Of a stretch of DNA of 41,553 nt, positions 9,276 through 18,410 are shown in pieces. The DNA is taken from contig CAUJFM010000145.1 in assembly GCA_963169595.1 (NCBI GenBank), positions 1 to 41,553 on the forward strand, read 5' to 3'. The stretch comes from Bacteroidota bacterium. Lineage in GTDB: Bacteria; Bacteroidota; Bacteroidia; Flavobacteriales_F; PHOS-HE28. Both the position numbers and the translations under genes were made by a program. The first letter of the stretch is position 1, and each line of letters starts with the position of its first letter. The notes beneath the pieces were generated by a model. That model ran no database searches. It saw only the letters and a list, made by a program, of their open reading frames with translations, and was not told the DNA's origin.

Positions 9276-9537
9276 GCAGGCCCTCGATCAGCTCGTGGAC
9301 GGCTTCGGCCTGCGTGAGAAGATGGACGAGCTGGACATCACCACCCAGTGGGACAAGGTGGTGGGGCCCATGGTGGCGCGCCACACCGTGGCTGTGCGCC
9401 TGGTGCGCGGCCGCCTGGTGGTGAAGGTGGATTCAGCACCGCTCCGGCAGGAGCTCATGTACATGCGCGAGGCCTTGAAGGAGGTCCTGAACCACCGGGC
9501 CGGTAGACCTGTGGTACAGGAGATCATGCTGGATTGA
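9247..9537 (+). CDS. DUF721 domain protein (RecF-associated)
   Basis: The conserved DUF721 N-terminus SLKQALDQLVDGFGL and its position downstream of recF support the call. No ATG precedes the conserved region without a 113-nt overlap, so I call the TTG at 9247 (29-nt overlap with recF). The start is uncertain. Confidence 0.65.
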   Translation: MKRSNEQSLKQALDQLVDGFGLREKMDELDITTQWDKVVGPMVARHTVAVRLVRGRLVVKVDSAPLRQELMYMREALKEVLNHRAGRPVVQEIMLD

Positions 9538-9543
9538 GCACGA

Positions 9544-9573
9544 AAAGGGCCGCCCCGAACGGAGCGGCCCCTT
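9544..9573 (-). terminator. hairpin terminator between the convergent DUF721 and ompA-like genes
   Basis: On the minus strand the sequence reads GGGGCCGCTCCGTTCGGGGCGGCCC followed by TTTTCG. It is a GC-rich imperfect stem followed by a T-tract. Confidence 0.55.
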
Positions 9574-9596
9574 CCCTGTGCAGGTCCGGTGGGACC

Positions 9597-10970
9597 TTAT
9601 TGCATGTAGGTCACCTTGAACTCCACCCGGCGGTTCTTGGCACGGCCGGCCGGAGTGCTGTTGTCGGCCACGGGCTCCGTCTGCCCGAAGCCCTCGCTGC
9701 GCAGGCGGTCACCGCCCACTCCTTTCTTCACCAGGTACTCCCGCACGGCGGCCGCCCGGTCCTTGCTCAACTGCAGGTTCTTGTCGGCATTCCCCGTGTT
9801 GTCCGTGTGGCCGTGGATGTCCAGTTCATAGGAGGGGTTCTCCTGCATCACCTTCACCACATCGTTGAGGATGGGGAAGCTGGACGATTTGATCTTGGAA
9901 CTGCCGGTCTCGAACTGGATGCCGGTGAGGGCCTTCTCGAAGAGCTTCTTCGTCTCTTCCTTCAGTTCGGGACAGCCCCGCATGGAGGCCACACCGGCGA
10001 CCTTCGGGCAGCGGTCGTCCGGATCGATGATGCCATCACCGTCCGTATCGGGGCATCCGCTCTGGTTGGCGGGGCCGGCCGCGTCCTTGCAGCGGTCGTC
10101 CTTGTCGGCGATCCCATCACCGTCCGTGTCCGGGCACCCCTTTGTGGATGCCGGGCCGGCCTGGTCGGGGCAGCTGTCCTCCTTGTCCACGATGCCGTCC
10201 TTGTCGCGGTCATCCTCCGGCTTCAGGCGCACTTCCACGCCATCGATGTAGTAGTAGGCGCGCTGCTGGTCCCAGCCTTCCACCGCGTTCTCCTTCTTCA
10301 TGTCGGCCTCGGGGAAGGCGCCGATCACCACGAAGCGCTCCGTTCCGTCCGCCGTGAACACGCCGGTGACCGTGGTCCAGTTCTGGCGGTCGCGGACCAC
10401 CTCCTTGTGCACCACGTCGGGCATCTCCATGATGGGGCCGCAATGGCGCAGGGCCACTTCATTGGGGGCCATATAGGCTCCGATGCCGCTCACCGCACGG
10501 TCGCTGTTCCCGGCCAATTTCACCTGGAACTTCACCACGTACTTCTGCCCAGCCGTGAGGGGGGAGCCCAACGCGATCTGCAGGTATTCGGTGTACGGGT
10601 TCCAATCCGTCATGTCGTGCTTGTTCCACCACATCGGCTCGTTCAGGGCCTTGGGCCAAGTGGGGTGCTGCTCGTCCTTCCAAGCGACGAACCCGGCATA
10701 GGAGACCCCTTCGAACGCCTCGGTTGAGCCTTGGTCGTTCTGCGGGATGCCCACCGTGTTCGAGGCGGCACCTTTGCCGTAGACATCCACGGAGCCGAGG
10801 TTGGCGTTGCTCCAGCCGGTGGCGCGGTCTAGCTGGTCCCATGTGGTCACCGGTTCGGCGAGGGTTTCGAAGCCCCCGTTCTGGACCAGGTTGGGGTGCT
10901 GGTCCTGCGCGGTGACCACAGGGGCCAGGGCCCCTGTGGTCAGCAGCATGAGGAAATGGTTGTACTTCAT
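9597..10970 (-). CDS. OmpA-family outer membrane protein with thrombospondin type-3 (Ca-binding) repeats
   Basis: 457-aa ORF with a signal peptide and repeated D.DGDGI.D..D.CP motifs (DTDGDGIADKDDRC, DTDGDGIIDPDDRCP). The C-terminal OmpA-like domain includes IHGHTDNTGNADKNLQLSKDRAAAV and NRRVEF. Confidence 0.85.
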   Translation of the reverse strand: MKYNHFLMLLTTGALAPVVTAQDQHPNLVQNGGFETLAEPVTTWDQLDRATGWSNANLGSVDVYGKGAASNTVGIPQNDQGSTEAFEGVSYAGFVAWKDEQHPTWPKALNEPMWWNKHDMTDWNPYTEYLQIALGSPLTAGQKYVVKFQVKLAGNSDRAVSGIGAYMAPNEVALRHCGPIMEMPDVVHKEVVRDRQNWTTVTGVFTADGTERFVVIGAFPEADMKKENAVEGWDQQRAYYYIDGVEVRLKPEDDRDKDGIVDKEDSCPDQAGPASTKGCPDTDGDGIADKDDRCKDAAGPANQSGCPDTDGDGIIDPDDRCPKVAGVASMRGCPELKEETKKLFEKALTGIQFETGSSKIKSSSFPILNDVVKVMQENPSYELDIHGHTDNTGNADKNLQLSKDRAAAVREYLVKKGVGGDRLRSEGFGQTEPVADNSTPAGRAKNRRVEFKVTYMQ

Positions 10971-11250
10971 GTACCGTTCGTTTTGGTTTGGTTTGGTGAA
11001 CGTGAACGCTCGATCATGCGGTGCAACACCGATGAAGCACCACTGATCGAACTGAGATCAAGTTCGGAACTGGGTACAAGGTTAGTAAGGAATAGGCGGA
11101 GGAAGCTGATCTTCCTCATGGACGAGCCGGCCTCGTACGCTTTTGGCCGAGATCGCCGCACAGGGTGCGGACCCATCCGAGGGATGGATGCAAAGTGTCG
11201 GACGGGCCCGCGCAGGAGCGTCCCGTCAGATCACCGTGGGCGGTGGATGC

Positions 11251-11670
11251 TCAGAAGCGCTCGCGCCCGCTGAAGAAGAAGTTGCCTTCGATCTCCGCGT
11301 TCTCGTCGCTATCGCTACCGTGGCAGGCGTTCTTGGCCTTGCTCTCCGCGAAACGCTTGCGGATGGTGCCTTCCTCCGCTTGGGCGGGGTCGGTGGCGCC
11401 GATCAGCTTGCGGAAGTCCTCCACGGCGTTGTCCTTCTCCAGGATCGCGGCGATGATGGGACCGCTGGCCATGTAGCCGACCAGCTCACCGTAGAAGGGG
11501 CGCTCCTTGTGCACTTCGTAGAAGATGCCCGCCTCCTCGGCCGAGAGCCGGGTGTACTTCAGGGCGACGATCTTGAAGCCGTTGGAGATGATCATATCGA
11601 TGATCTTGCCAGTGTGCCCGGCGGCCACCGCCTCGGGCTTGATCATCGTAAAGGTCCTGTTTCCTGCCAT
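11251..11670 (-). CDS. ndk: nucleoside-diphosphate kinase
   Basis: Trimmed to the ATG at 11670. The sequence [15 protein letters not shown]...NACHGSDS contains the catalytic His motif, and 139 aa is the canonical length. The -7 box TACTTTTG lies at 11691-11698. Confidence 0.95.
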   Translation of the reverse strand: MAGNRTFTMIKPEAVAAGHTGKIIDMIISNGFKIVALKYTRLSAEEAGIFYEVHKERPFYGELVGYMASGPIIAAILEKDNAVEDFRKLIGATDPAQAEEGTIRKRFAESKAKNACHGSDSDENAEIEGNFFFSGRERF

Positions 11671-11690
11671 GGGTTGTTGAAAAAGCGGCG

Positions 11691-11698
11691 CAAAAGTA
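11691..11698 (-). promoter_or_regulatory. -7 promoter element (TACTTTTG) for ndk
   Basis: It is an exact TAnnTTTG match on the minus strand, 20 nt upstream of the ndk ATG. Confidence 0.5.
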
Positions 11699-11795
11699 AT
11701 CGGTGGGCGCCAAGCGGATGGGGTCCATGCAACATTCCTTCGTGGAGGCGGCGCGGCATCAACAGCTGTTCCCGTCCCCAACACTGGTTCGAACC

Positions 11796-12689
11796 ATGAA
11801 AAGGACCCTGCGACCAGCTCCCTTGATGCTGGCGTTCCTGCTGGCCGCCTGCGGCGGTGGCGAAGCCCCCAAGGAGCCCGAGAACACGCTGGTGATCGGC
11901 GGCGACGACGCCGGTGCAACGGCCACCAACCTGTACCAGATGCCCACCCCGAACGAACTGTTCGGCCTGGTGCGCGAGCTGGCGGGCGCGGGCCAGAAAC
12001 AGCTGCTGAGCCCGGCCTCCAACGCGGACAAGTATGTGAGCCGCAAGGCCCGGGCCATCAACTTCGGTGTGTACGCCACCGACCTGGTGTACGCCAGCAG
12101 TTTCAAGCTGAACGTGGAGGTGGCGCGCTACTACCTCACTTCCCGCAAGCTGGCCGAGTCCCTGGGCATCACCCAGGCCTTCTCCGATGCCGACTTCGTG
12201 CGGCTGGAGTCGAACCTCACCCGGGGCGATTCCCTGGAGGTGATCAGCAACGCGGCCTACATGCGGGCCTATGAGAAGCTGCAGGAGGAGGAGATGGGCC
12301 CGGTGCTGGTGCAGGTGCTGGCCGGCGGCTGGCTGGAGAGCATGCACCTGGTGATCCATCAGATCCAGGTGCTGGGCAGCAGCGATGCGCTGATGGCCCG
12401 CGTGGCCGAGCAGAAGGTGACCCTGGAGCACCTGATCAGCATGATGGACCCGCTCGCCGATGATGCGGACGTGGCCGCCGTGCGCGCCGAACTGCTGGCC
12501 CTGCGCGAGATCTATGACGCGGTGAACGTGAAGCGTGTTCCGCACGAGGGGCGCTCGGCTTCGGGCCGCATGGTCCTTGGTGATGACATCACCGTGGAGC
12601 TCACCGGCGAGAAGTTCCAGGAGCTCTCCCGGGCCGTGAAGCGCCTGCGCGACCAGTGGACCGCCCCCGAGAACCTTCCCAACGCCTGA
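11796..12689 (+). CDS. hypothetical lipoprotein
   Basis: It has the lipobox [19 protein letters not shown] and is otherwise alpha-helical, with no domain I recognise. The start is set at the ATG at 11796. Confidence 0.6.
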   Translation: MKRTLRPAPLMLAFLLAACGGGEAPKEPENTLVIGGDDAGATATNLYQMPTPNELFGLVRELAGAGQKQLLSPASNADKYVSRKARAINFGVYATDLVYASSFKLNVEVARYYLTSRKLAESLGITQAFSDADFVRLESNLTRGDSLEVISNAAYMRAYEKLQEEEMGPVLVQVLAGGWLESMHLVIHQIQVLGSSDALMARVAEQKVTLEHLISMMDPLADDADVAAVRAELLALREIYDAVNVKRVPHEGRSASGRMVLGDDITVELTGEKFQELSRAVKRLRDQWTAPENLPNA

Positions 12690-12694
12690 TCACC

Positions 12695-13231
12695 ATGCTC
12701 ATGCGCATCCTCAAGCATTCATTGGTCGTGGCCCTGCTGGCCGCACCGTTCGCCGGGCAGGCCCAATACACCTGCGCGGACTACCACAAGTTCAACTGCG
12801 AGCGCTCCACGGACAAGCGCTTCTCCATGAACGGCCAGAGCAAGAGCGCCATGGTCCAGGTGGGAAAGGAGACCGAGCTCAACGTGATCGTGTACCGCGG
12901 CCAGGACTACCGCATCACCGTATGCCACGACCGCAAGGTGCTGGGTGAGGCCCTGGCCATCCGCTTGGTCGAGAAGGTGCGCGTACCGGTGGGACCGGCC
13001 ACGGCCGATTCCACCAAACGCGTGTACGAGGAGGTGGAGAAAGTGCTGTGGGACAACACCGAGCACGACATGGTGCAGGAGGTCGAGTTCTCGTGCACGG
13101 CCACCAAGCGCATCGCCGTGGAGGTGAACGCGCCCGGTGCCACCGACAAGAAGGGCCGCAAGCCCGATGTGGACATCGCCTGTGTCGGCATCCTGATCGA
13201 GCACATGCCCACTCCGGGACTGGGCTTCTGA
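12695..13231 (+). CDS. hypothetical secreted Cys-containing protein
   Basis: It has the signal peptide MLMRILKHSLVVALLAAPFAGQAQ and six Cys residues in the mature part. It begins 5 nt after the previous stop. I recognise no family. Confidence 0.55.
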   Translation: MLMRILKHSLVVALLAAPFAGQAQYTCADYHKFNCERSTDKRFSMNGQSKSAMVQVGKETELNVIVYRGQDYRITVCHDRKVLGEALAIRLVEKVRVPVGPATADSTKRVYEEVEKVLWDNTEHDMVQEVEFSCTATKRIAVEVNAPGATDKKGRKPDVDIACVGILIEHMPTPGLGF

Positions 13232-13255
13232 TCGCGTACGGACGGAACACCACGC

Positions 13256-13287
13256 CATGGGGCGGCTACCTTTGTGGCCGCCCCATG
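13256..13287 (+). promoter_or_regulatory. 11-bp GC-rich hairpin that pairs the nrnA-like start codon and carries a -7 box in its loop
   Basis: The sequence is CATGGGGCGGC-TACCTTTGTG-GCCGCCCCATG. The right arm ends with the ATG at 13285-13287. Confidence 0.6.
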
Positions 13288-14310
13288 TCATTCCCATCCG
13301 CACCTGCCGGCCCCGTAGCACGTCTGTCCGCCCTGCTCGAGGGTCGGTCGCGCCTTGCCATCATCACCCACTACAATCCCGATGGCGATGCCGTGGGCTC
13401 CTCCCTCGGCCTGGCCCACGTGCTTCGAGCGAACGGATTCGCGGTGGATGTGGTGGTGCCCAATGCACCCGCCGCCTTTCTCAACTGGTTGCCCGGCGCT
13501 GCCGATGTGCTCGTCTTCGACCGCGATCGGGAGAAGGCCACCGAGGCCCTGACCAACGCCGGGGTGGTCCTGTGCCTGGACTTCAACCGGCAGGACCGCG
13601 TGGGCAAGGCCGAGGAGGTGCTGCGTAGCGTGCCCGTCAAGGTGCTCATCGACCATCACCAGGACCCGGAGGACTTCGCGGCGGTCGCGTTCTCGGATAC
13701 GAGCGCCTGCGCCACCTGCCAGATGGTGTATGACATCGTGTGCGCCATGGGGCTTGCCCACCTGATCGGCCCTGAGGCCGCCACCTGCCTGTACACGGGT
13801 CTGGTCACCGACTCGGGCTCGTTCCGGTTCCCCAGCACCAAGCCCCATACCATGCGCGTGGCCGCCGACCTGATGGAGCGCGGTGTCAACATCGAGATCG
13901 TCCATGGTGCCATCATGGATGACAACAGCGAGCATCGGCTGCGGCTGCTCGGCTTCACCCTCTCCGAGCGCATGACCGTGCTGCCGGAGCTCGGGACGGC
14001 CATCCTTCAACTGTCGCAGGAAGACCTGAAGCGGTTCAACTTCGCTCCAGGGGACACCGAAGGCTTCGTGAACTATGGCCTGTCGATCCGCGGCATCCGG
14101 TTGGCCGCGTTCTTCATGGAACGGCCGGACGTGGTGAAGGTGAGCCTGCGGTCCAAGGGCGATCTGCCCGTGGACCAGTTCACCCGTGAGCACTTCAATG
14201 GAGGAGGCCATCGCAATGCCGCGGGTGGTCAGAGCGGCGAGGGCCTGAAAGGCACGTTGCAACGCTTCATGGAACTGCTTCCCCGCTTCATCAACGACCA
14301 TCCGGCATGA
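13285..14310 (+). CDS. DHH-family phosphoesterase (NrnA-like bifunctional oligoribonuclease/pAp phosphatase)
   Basis: Trimmed to the ATG at 13285. The sequence has ITHYNPDGDAVGS (DHH motif I/II region), LIDHH, GLVTDSGSFRF and the DHHA1-type GGGHRNAAGG. Confidence 0.85.
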   Translation: MSFPSAPAGPVARLSALLEGRSRLAIITHYNPDGDAVGSSLGLAHVLRANGFAVDVVVPNAPAAFLNWLPGAADVLVFDRDREKATEALTNAGVVLCLDFNRQDRVGKAEEVLRSVPVKVLIDHHQDPEDFAAVAFSDTSACATCQMVYDIVCAMGLAHLIGPEAATCLYTGLVTDSGSFRFPSTKPHTMRVAADLMERGVNIEIVHGAIMDDNSEHRLRLLGFTLSERMTVLPELGTAILQLSQEDLKRFNFAPGDTEGFVNYGLSIRGIRLAAFFMERPDVVKVSLRSKGDLPVDQFTREHFNGGGHRNAAGGQSGEGLKGTLQRFMELLPRFINDHPA

Positions 14311-14840
14311 GGGTGATCGCCGCTCTGCTGCCGTTCCTGCTCATCGCCTGTGAGGGTGGAGATGGCTACGTGCCCGTGCGTGTGCGTGATACGGGGGCTG
14401 CACGACAGGACACGCTGGTCCGCGGTCACCGAGATGCTGTCCGCCTGGAGGACCGCGATATCGACCGGTATGTGGAGCGCATGGGTGCGGCCACGGTGCG
14501 CACCCCGCGTGGCGTGCACATCCAGCTGCTTCGGGATGTGCCTGGCGAACATGGACAGCCGGAGCAGTGGGCGACCATCAACTACCGCATTGAACTGCTC
14601 AACGGCGACACCGCCTACAGCAGCACACCGGGTGAGCCGGAGTCCTTCCTGATCGAGCACGACGATGTGGAGAGCGGACTGCATGAGGCCATTCAGCATC
14701 TCTCGCCCGGTGACAGCGCCCTCTTCATCATTCCGTCCTACCGGGCTCACGGCCTGGTGGGCGATATGGAGAGGATCCCGATGCGCAGTTCCGTAGTGTA
14801 CCACATCGGTCTGGTGAAGCTCAGTGGAGGAAGGCCATGA
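14307..14840 (+). CDS. FKBP-type peptidyl-prolyl isomerase lipoprotein (GldI-like size and architecture)
   Basis: It has the lipobox LLPFLLIAC and a C-terminal FKBP-like segment (NYRIELLNGD...GLHEAIQHLSPGDSALFIIPSYRAHG). There is an ATGA overlap with the upstream gene. Confidence 0.7.
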   Translation: MRVIAALLPFLLIACEGGDGYVPVRVRDTGAARQDTLVRGHRDAVRLEDRDIDRYVERMGAATVRTPRGVHIQLLRDVPGEHGQPEQWATINYRIELLNGDTAYSSTPGEPESFLIEHDDVESGLHEAIQHLSPGDSALFIIPSYRAHGLVGDMERIPMRSSVVYHIGLVKLSGGRP

Positions 14841-15709
14841 GGTCCGCCACGTTCTTCGTCATCGGCCTGCTGCTCGCCTCCTGCGGATCACCCTATGCCG
14901 GTTTCACCGAGCTGGAGAACGATGTGCATGTGCGGCTGCATGTGGTGGGTGATGGCGAGGGCACAGTGAACGATGCGGACAGCGCACGGCTCCGGCTCCG
15001 GATCGCGCCACTGGGTGCCGAGGCCGGATCGCTCTTCAGCACCGAGCGGACTTACGCGGGTGCTGCTTTGCGGAAGGATGGATGGCGACCTGTGCTCGAT
15101 CGACTGCACGTGGGCGACAGCATGAGCGTGATCATGCCCGCACGGCGCGTACCCTGGGAGGCCATCGGTGCTGCAGGCATCGGCGCAATGGAGGATACCG
15201 CCCATGTGCAAATGGAACTGGTGATGCTGGACCTCATCACACCGGAGCGCATGCGTGCCGAGGCCGAGCGGTTGCGGCTCGAGGACCCTGCTGGCTACGA
15301 GCGCAGGCTCATCGGCGCATGGATGCGGCAGGACGACGGCGCCTGGGTGAAGTGGGGGACCAGCGATGTGTACTACCGGATCAAGGGCACGGCCGTGGAC
15401 ACCAACGCAGTGCGGCCGGGCGATCACGTGCACCTTTCCTACACCGGCTTCGATCTGGAGACCGGGCGTGAGTTCGACTCCACCACGCGCAACGGCGCCG
15501 GGTTCAACTGGACCTATGGTGATCCGGACCAGGTGATGAAAGGCCTCGAGGTGGCCGTGCACCTGATGCGCGAAGGACAGCAGGCGGAGTTCATCTTCCC
15601 CTCGCTCTATGCCTTCGGACAGCGCGGCATTCCGGGCATACTTGCTCCCAATGTCCCGGTGCGCTACCAAGTGAAGCTGGACCGCGTGGAACGCGCTGCC
15701 ACGCAGTAG
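14837..15709 (+). CDS. FKBP-type peptidyl-prolyl isomerase lipoprotein
   Basis: It has the lipobox VIGLLLASC and a C-terminal FKBP domain: GDHVHLSYTGFDLETGREFDST...GLEVAVHLMREGQQAEFIFPSLYAFGQRG. There is an ATGA overlap with the previous gene. Confidence 0.8.
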   Translation: MRSATFFVIGLLLASCGSPYAGFTELENDVHVRLHVVGDGEGTVNDADSARLRLRIAPLGAEAGSLFSTERTYAGAALRKDGWRPVLDRLHVGDSMSVIMPARRVPWEAIGAAGIGAMEDTAHVQMELVMLDLITPERMRAEAERLRLEDPAGYERRLIGAWMRQDDGAWVKWGTSDVYYRIKGTAVDTNAVRPGDHVHLSYTGFDLETGREFDSTTRNGAGFNWTYGDPDQVMKGLEVAVHLMREGQQAEFIFPSLYAFGQRGIPGILAPNVPVRYQVKLDRVERAATQ

Positions 15710-15730
15710 CCCTTCCGGTCAGGCCGCGCT

Positions 15731-16462
15731 TCAGCCGTTCGCAGGCCGTCCCAGGATGAACACGGCAGGACGCTTGCCGAGCACCGGTGGATCATGTCGC
15801 CAGCTGGCCACCGTGCGTGTGCGCGTCCACCCACCGGGTTGCATGAGGTCGATGGCGATGGTGAGCGAGGTGGCCGGCGCGCAGGTCCCCAGCAGTTCGG
15901 CCAGGAGCGCATCGTTGCGATACGGCGTCTCGATGAAGAGTTGGGCCGCGCCCGTGCGCATGGCCTCCTGCTCCAGGCGTCGCACGGCCTGTCGGCGTTC
16001 CTGCGGTTTCACGGGCAGGTAGCCGTGGAAGGTGAACTGCTGTCCATTAAGGCCCGAGGCGGCCAGCGCGAGGATCAATGAACTAGGTCCCGGCAAGGGG
16101 ACCACGGGGATGCGCGCCTGATGGGCGGCCTGCACGAGCAGTGCACCGGGATCGGCAATGCCCGGCATGCCTGCTTCACTGATGATGCCCGCATCGCGGC
16201 CGTGCATCAGCTTCAGCAGGGACAAGGCCTCCTGCGCGGTGGTGTCCTTGTCCAATCGATGGATCTCCAGGGTGCGCAGGTCGATTGTGGGCACCATGCG
16301 GCGCAGCAGGTGGCGTGCGCTCTTCTCGTTCTCAGCGTACCACAGCTGGATGCGCGATGCGATGGCGATGTTCTCCGGGGCCAGTTGCTCCGGACCACCA
16401 TGCTCGCCCAGCCACACAGGCATCAGGTAGAGCGTGCCTTCAGCGGGAGCGTTCGAGGTCAT
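15731..16462 (-). CDS. RsmI-like SAM-dependent methyltransferase (tetrapyrrole methylase superfamily)
   Basis: GTLYLMPVWLG, DAGIISEAGMPGIADPG, PGPSSLILALAASG and ETPYRN fit the RsmI/YraL-type fold. The start is set at the ATG at 16462, which gives a 23-nt overlap with the upstream gene, and it is uncertain. Confidence 0.72.
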   Translation of the reverse strand: MTSNAPAEGTLYLMPVWLGEHGGPEQLAPENIAIASRIQLWYAENEKSARHLLRRMVPTIDLRTLEIHRLDKDTTAQEALSLLKLMHGRDAGIISEAGMPGIADPGALLVQAAHQARIPVVPLPGPSSLILALAASGLNGQQFTFHGYLPVKPQERRQAVRRLEQEAMRTGAAQLFIETPYRNDALLAELLGTCAPATSLTIAIDLMQPGGWTRTRTVASWRHDPPVLGKRPAVFILGRPANG

Positions 16463-16904
16463 CCAGCAGTGCGGATAGAGCTTCGGTGAGCATGGCATGC
16501 ACGGCATCGAATCCTTCGTCGCCACCGAAGTAGGGGTCGGGCACCTCGCGCAGCGGGTGATGCGGGGCATGCTCCATCACCAGCCGTGCTTTCGATGCCA
16601 GGTCTGCGTTGGGGGCGAGCGCGTGCATGTTGCGCAGGTTGCTGGCGTCCATCGCCAGGATCACATCGAAGTGGGTGTAGTCCGCCGCCACGAACTGCCG
16701 TGCGCGCAGGTCGCCGATATCCATTCCCTTGCGGCGCATGGCGGCCTGTGCACGCGGGTCCGGTGCCTCGCCCACGTGGTAGTCGCTGGTACCGGCGGAA
16801 TCGGTGATGAGGGTGAGGCCGCGTTCCCGGGCAAGGTGGCGCAGGATGCCTTCGGCCATGGGTGATCGGCAGATGTTGCCGAGGCAGACGGTGAGGATCT
16901 TCAT
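16440..16904 (-). CDS. low-molecular-weight protein-tyrosine phosphatase
   Basis: MKILTVCLGNICRSPMAEG is the canonical CX5R(S/T) P-loop, and the DP-containing segment VPDPYFG lies near the C-terminus. The ORF is 154 aa. Confidence 0.9.
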   Translation of the reverse strand: MKILTVCLGNICRSPMAEGILRHLARERGLTLITDSAGTSDYHVGEAPDPRAQAAMRRKGMDIGDLRARQFVAADYTHFDVILAMDASNLRNMHALAPNADLASKARLVMEHAPHHPLREVPDPYFGGDEGFDAVHAMLTEALSALLDDLERSR

Positions 16905-16929
16905 GGTGCGTCGCGTGGCGAAGGTCGTG

Positions 16930-16960
16930 AAAAGGAAAGGCCTCCCGTTGGGGAGGCCTT
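16930..16960 (-). terminator. intrinsic terminator downstream of dnaA
   Basis: On the minus strand the sequence reads AAGGCCTCCC-caac-GGGAGGCCTT followed by TCCTTTTC. That is a 10-bp GC-rich stem, a 4-nt loop and a T-rich tail, starting 20 nt after the dnaA stop. Confidence 0.8.
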
Positions 16961-16979
16961 CACCATGCGGTGTGTGGGT

Positions 16980-18410
16980 TCAGTGCACGCTCAGCTTCTT
17001 CTCGAGGTCCTCGAGGTAGCCGCGGAACTGCTTGTCCGTCTCGTGCAGGTTGTTCACGGTGCGGCAGGCGTGGAGCACGGTGGCGTGGTCCTTGCCACCG
17101 CAGTGCGCGCCGATGCTGGCCAGCGAGCTCTTCGTCATCTTCTTGGCGAAGTACATCGCGATCTGGCGGGCCTGCACCACCTCACGCTTGCGCGTCTTGC
17201 TCTTGAGCAGCTCGATCGGCAGGTTGAAGTAATCGCACACCACCTTCTGGATGTAGTCGATGCTCACCTCGCGCGCCGTGTTCTTCACGAACTTGTCGAT
17301 CATCTGCTTCGCGAGATCGAGCGTGACGGCCTTCTTGTTCAGCGAGCTCTGGGCGATGAGGCTGATCATCGCACCCTCGAGTTCACGGATGTTCGTGGTG
17401 ATGCTGTAGGCCAGGTATTCGACCACCTCCTTCGGCAGGTCGATGCCCTCGGCATACATCTTCTTCTCCAGGATGGCGATGCGTGTCTCCAGGCCCGGGG
17501 TCTGCAGGTCCGCGCTCAGGCCCCACTTGAAGCGGGAGAGGAGGCGCTGCTCCATGCCGGCCATCTCCACAGGTGCCTTGTCGCTGGTGATCACCAGCTG
17601 CTTGCCGTTCTGGTGCAGGTGGTTGAAGACATGGAAGAACACGTCCTGCGTCTTCTCCTTGCCGGCGAGGAACTGCACATCATCGATGATGAGCACGTCC
17701 ATCATCTGGTAGAACTGCGTGAAGTCGCCGACGGTGTTGTTCTTCACTGCCTCGATGAACTGCTGTGTGAACTTCTCGGCAGGTACGTAGAGGATGGTCT
17801 TGTCCGGGTGGTTGCGCTTGATCTCGATGCCGATGGCATGCGCGAGGTGCGTCTTGCCGAGGCCAACTCCACCATAGATCAGCAGCGGATTGAAGGCGGT
17901 GCCGCCGGGCTTCTGGGCCACGGCATAGCCGGCACTGCGGGCCAATCGGTTGCAGTCCCCTTCGATGAAGTTCTCGAAGGAATAGTTGGGGTTCAGGTGG
18001 CTCTCGACCTTGATCTTGCGCAGGCCGGGGATGATGAACGGGTTCTTGATGGGGCTGTTCGCCACATCGATCGGCAGTGACACCGCAGGGTTCTTGGTCT
18101 CACGCGCATTGCTCGTGGGCACCTTCACCGTGTACGGATTGGCGTTCTGGTAACCGTTCTCCATGATGATGGAGTACTCCAGCCGCCCGTCGGGTCCCAG
18201 CTCCTTGCGGATGATCTTCTTCAGCAGTCCGATGTAATGTTCTTCCAGCCATTCATAGAAGAACTGCGACGGTACCTGGATGGTGAGCACATGGTCCTGC
18301 AGCTTCAAGGCCTTGATCGGCTCGAACCAGGTCTTGAAGCTTTGCTGGCTGACGTTGTCCTTGATCACCTCGAGGCACCGCTCCCAGATCTTCTCGTGGT
18401 CCTTCTTCAT
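16980..18410 (-). CDS. dnaA: chromosomal replication initiator protein DnaA
   Basis: 476-aa ORF with Walker A GGVGLGKTHL, Walker B LIIDDVQF and the C-terminal DNA-binding helix GGKDHATVLHA. Confidence 0.97.
   Translation of the reverse strand: MKKDHEKIWERCLEVIKDNVSQQSFKTWFEPIKALKLQDHVLTIQVPSQFFYEWLEEHYIGLLKKIIRKELGPDGRLEYSIIMENGYQNANPYTVKVPTSNARETKNPAVSLPIDVANSPIKNPFIIPGLRKIKVESHLNPNYSFENFIEGDCNRLARSAGYAVAQKPGGTAFNPLLIYGGVGLGKTHLAHAIGIEIKRNHPDKTILYVPAEKFTQQFIEAVKNNTVGDFTQFYQMMDVLIIDDVQFLAGKEKTQDVFFHVFNHLHQNGKQLVITSDKAPVEMAGMEQRLLSRFKWGLSADLQTPGLETRIAILEKKMYAEGIDLPKEVVEYLAYSITTNIRELEGAMISLIAQSSLNKKAVTLDLAKQMIDKFVKNTAREVSIDYIQKVVCDYFNLPIELLKSKTRKREVVQARQIAMYFAKKMTKSSLASIGAHCGGKDHATVLHACRTVNNLHETDKQFRGYLEDLEKKLSVH

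Noticed and set aside
10971-11250. A tRNA, tmRNA or RNase P gene in the ompA-ndk spacer and other gaps.
   Set aside because: I saw no cloverleaf-compatible arms and no GTTCGAATC-type T-loop, and I could recognise no conserved ncRNA core by eye. This needs an Infernal scan to be sure.
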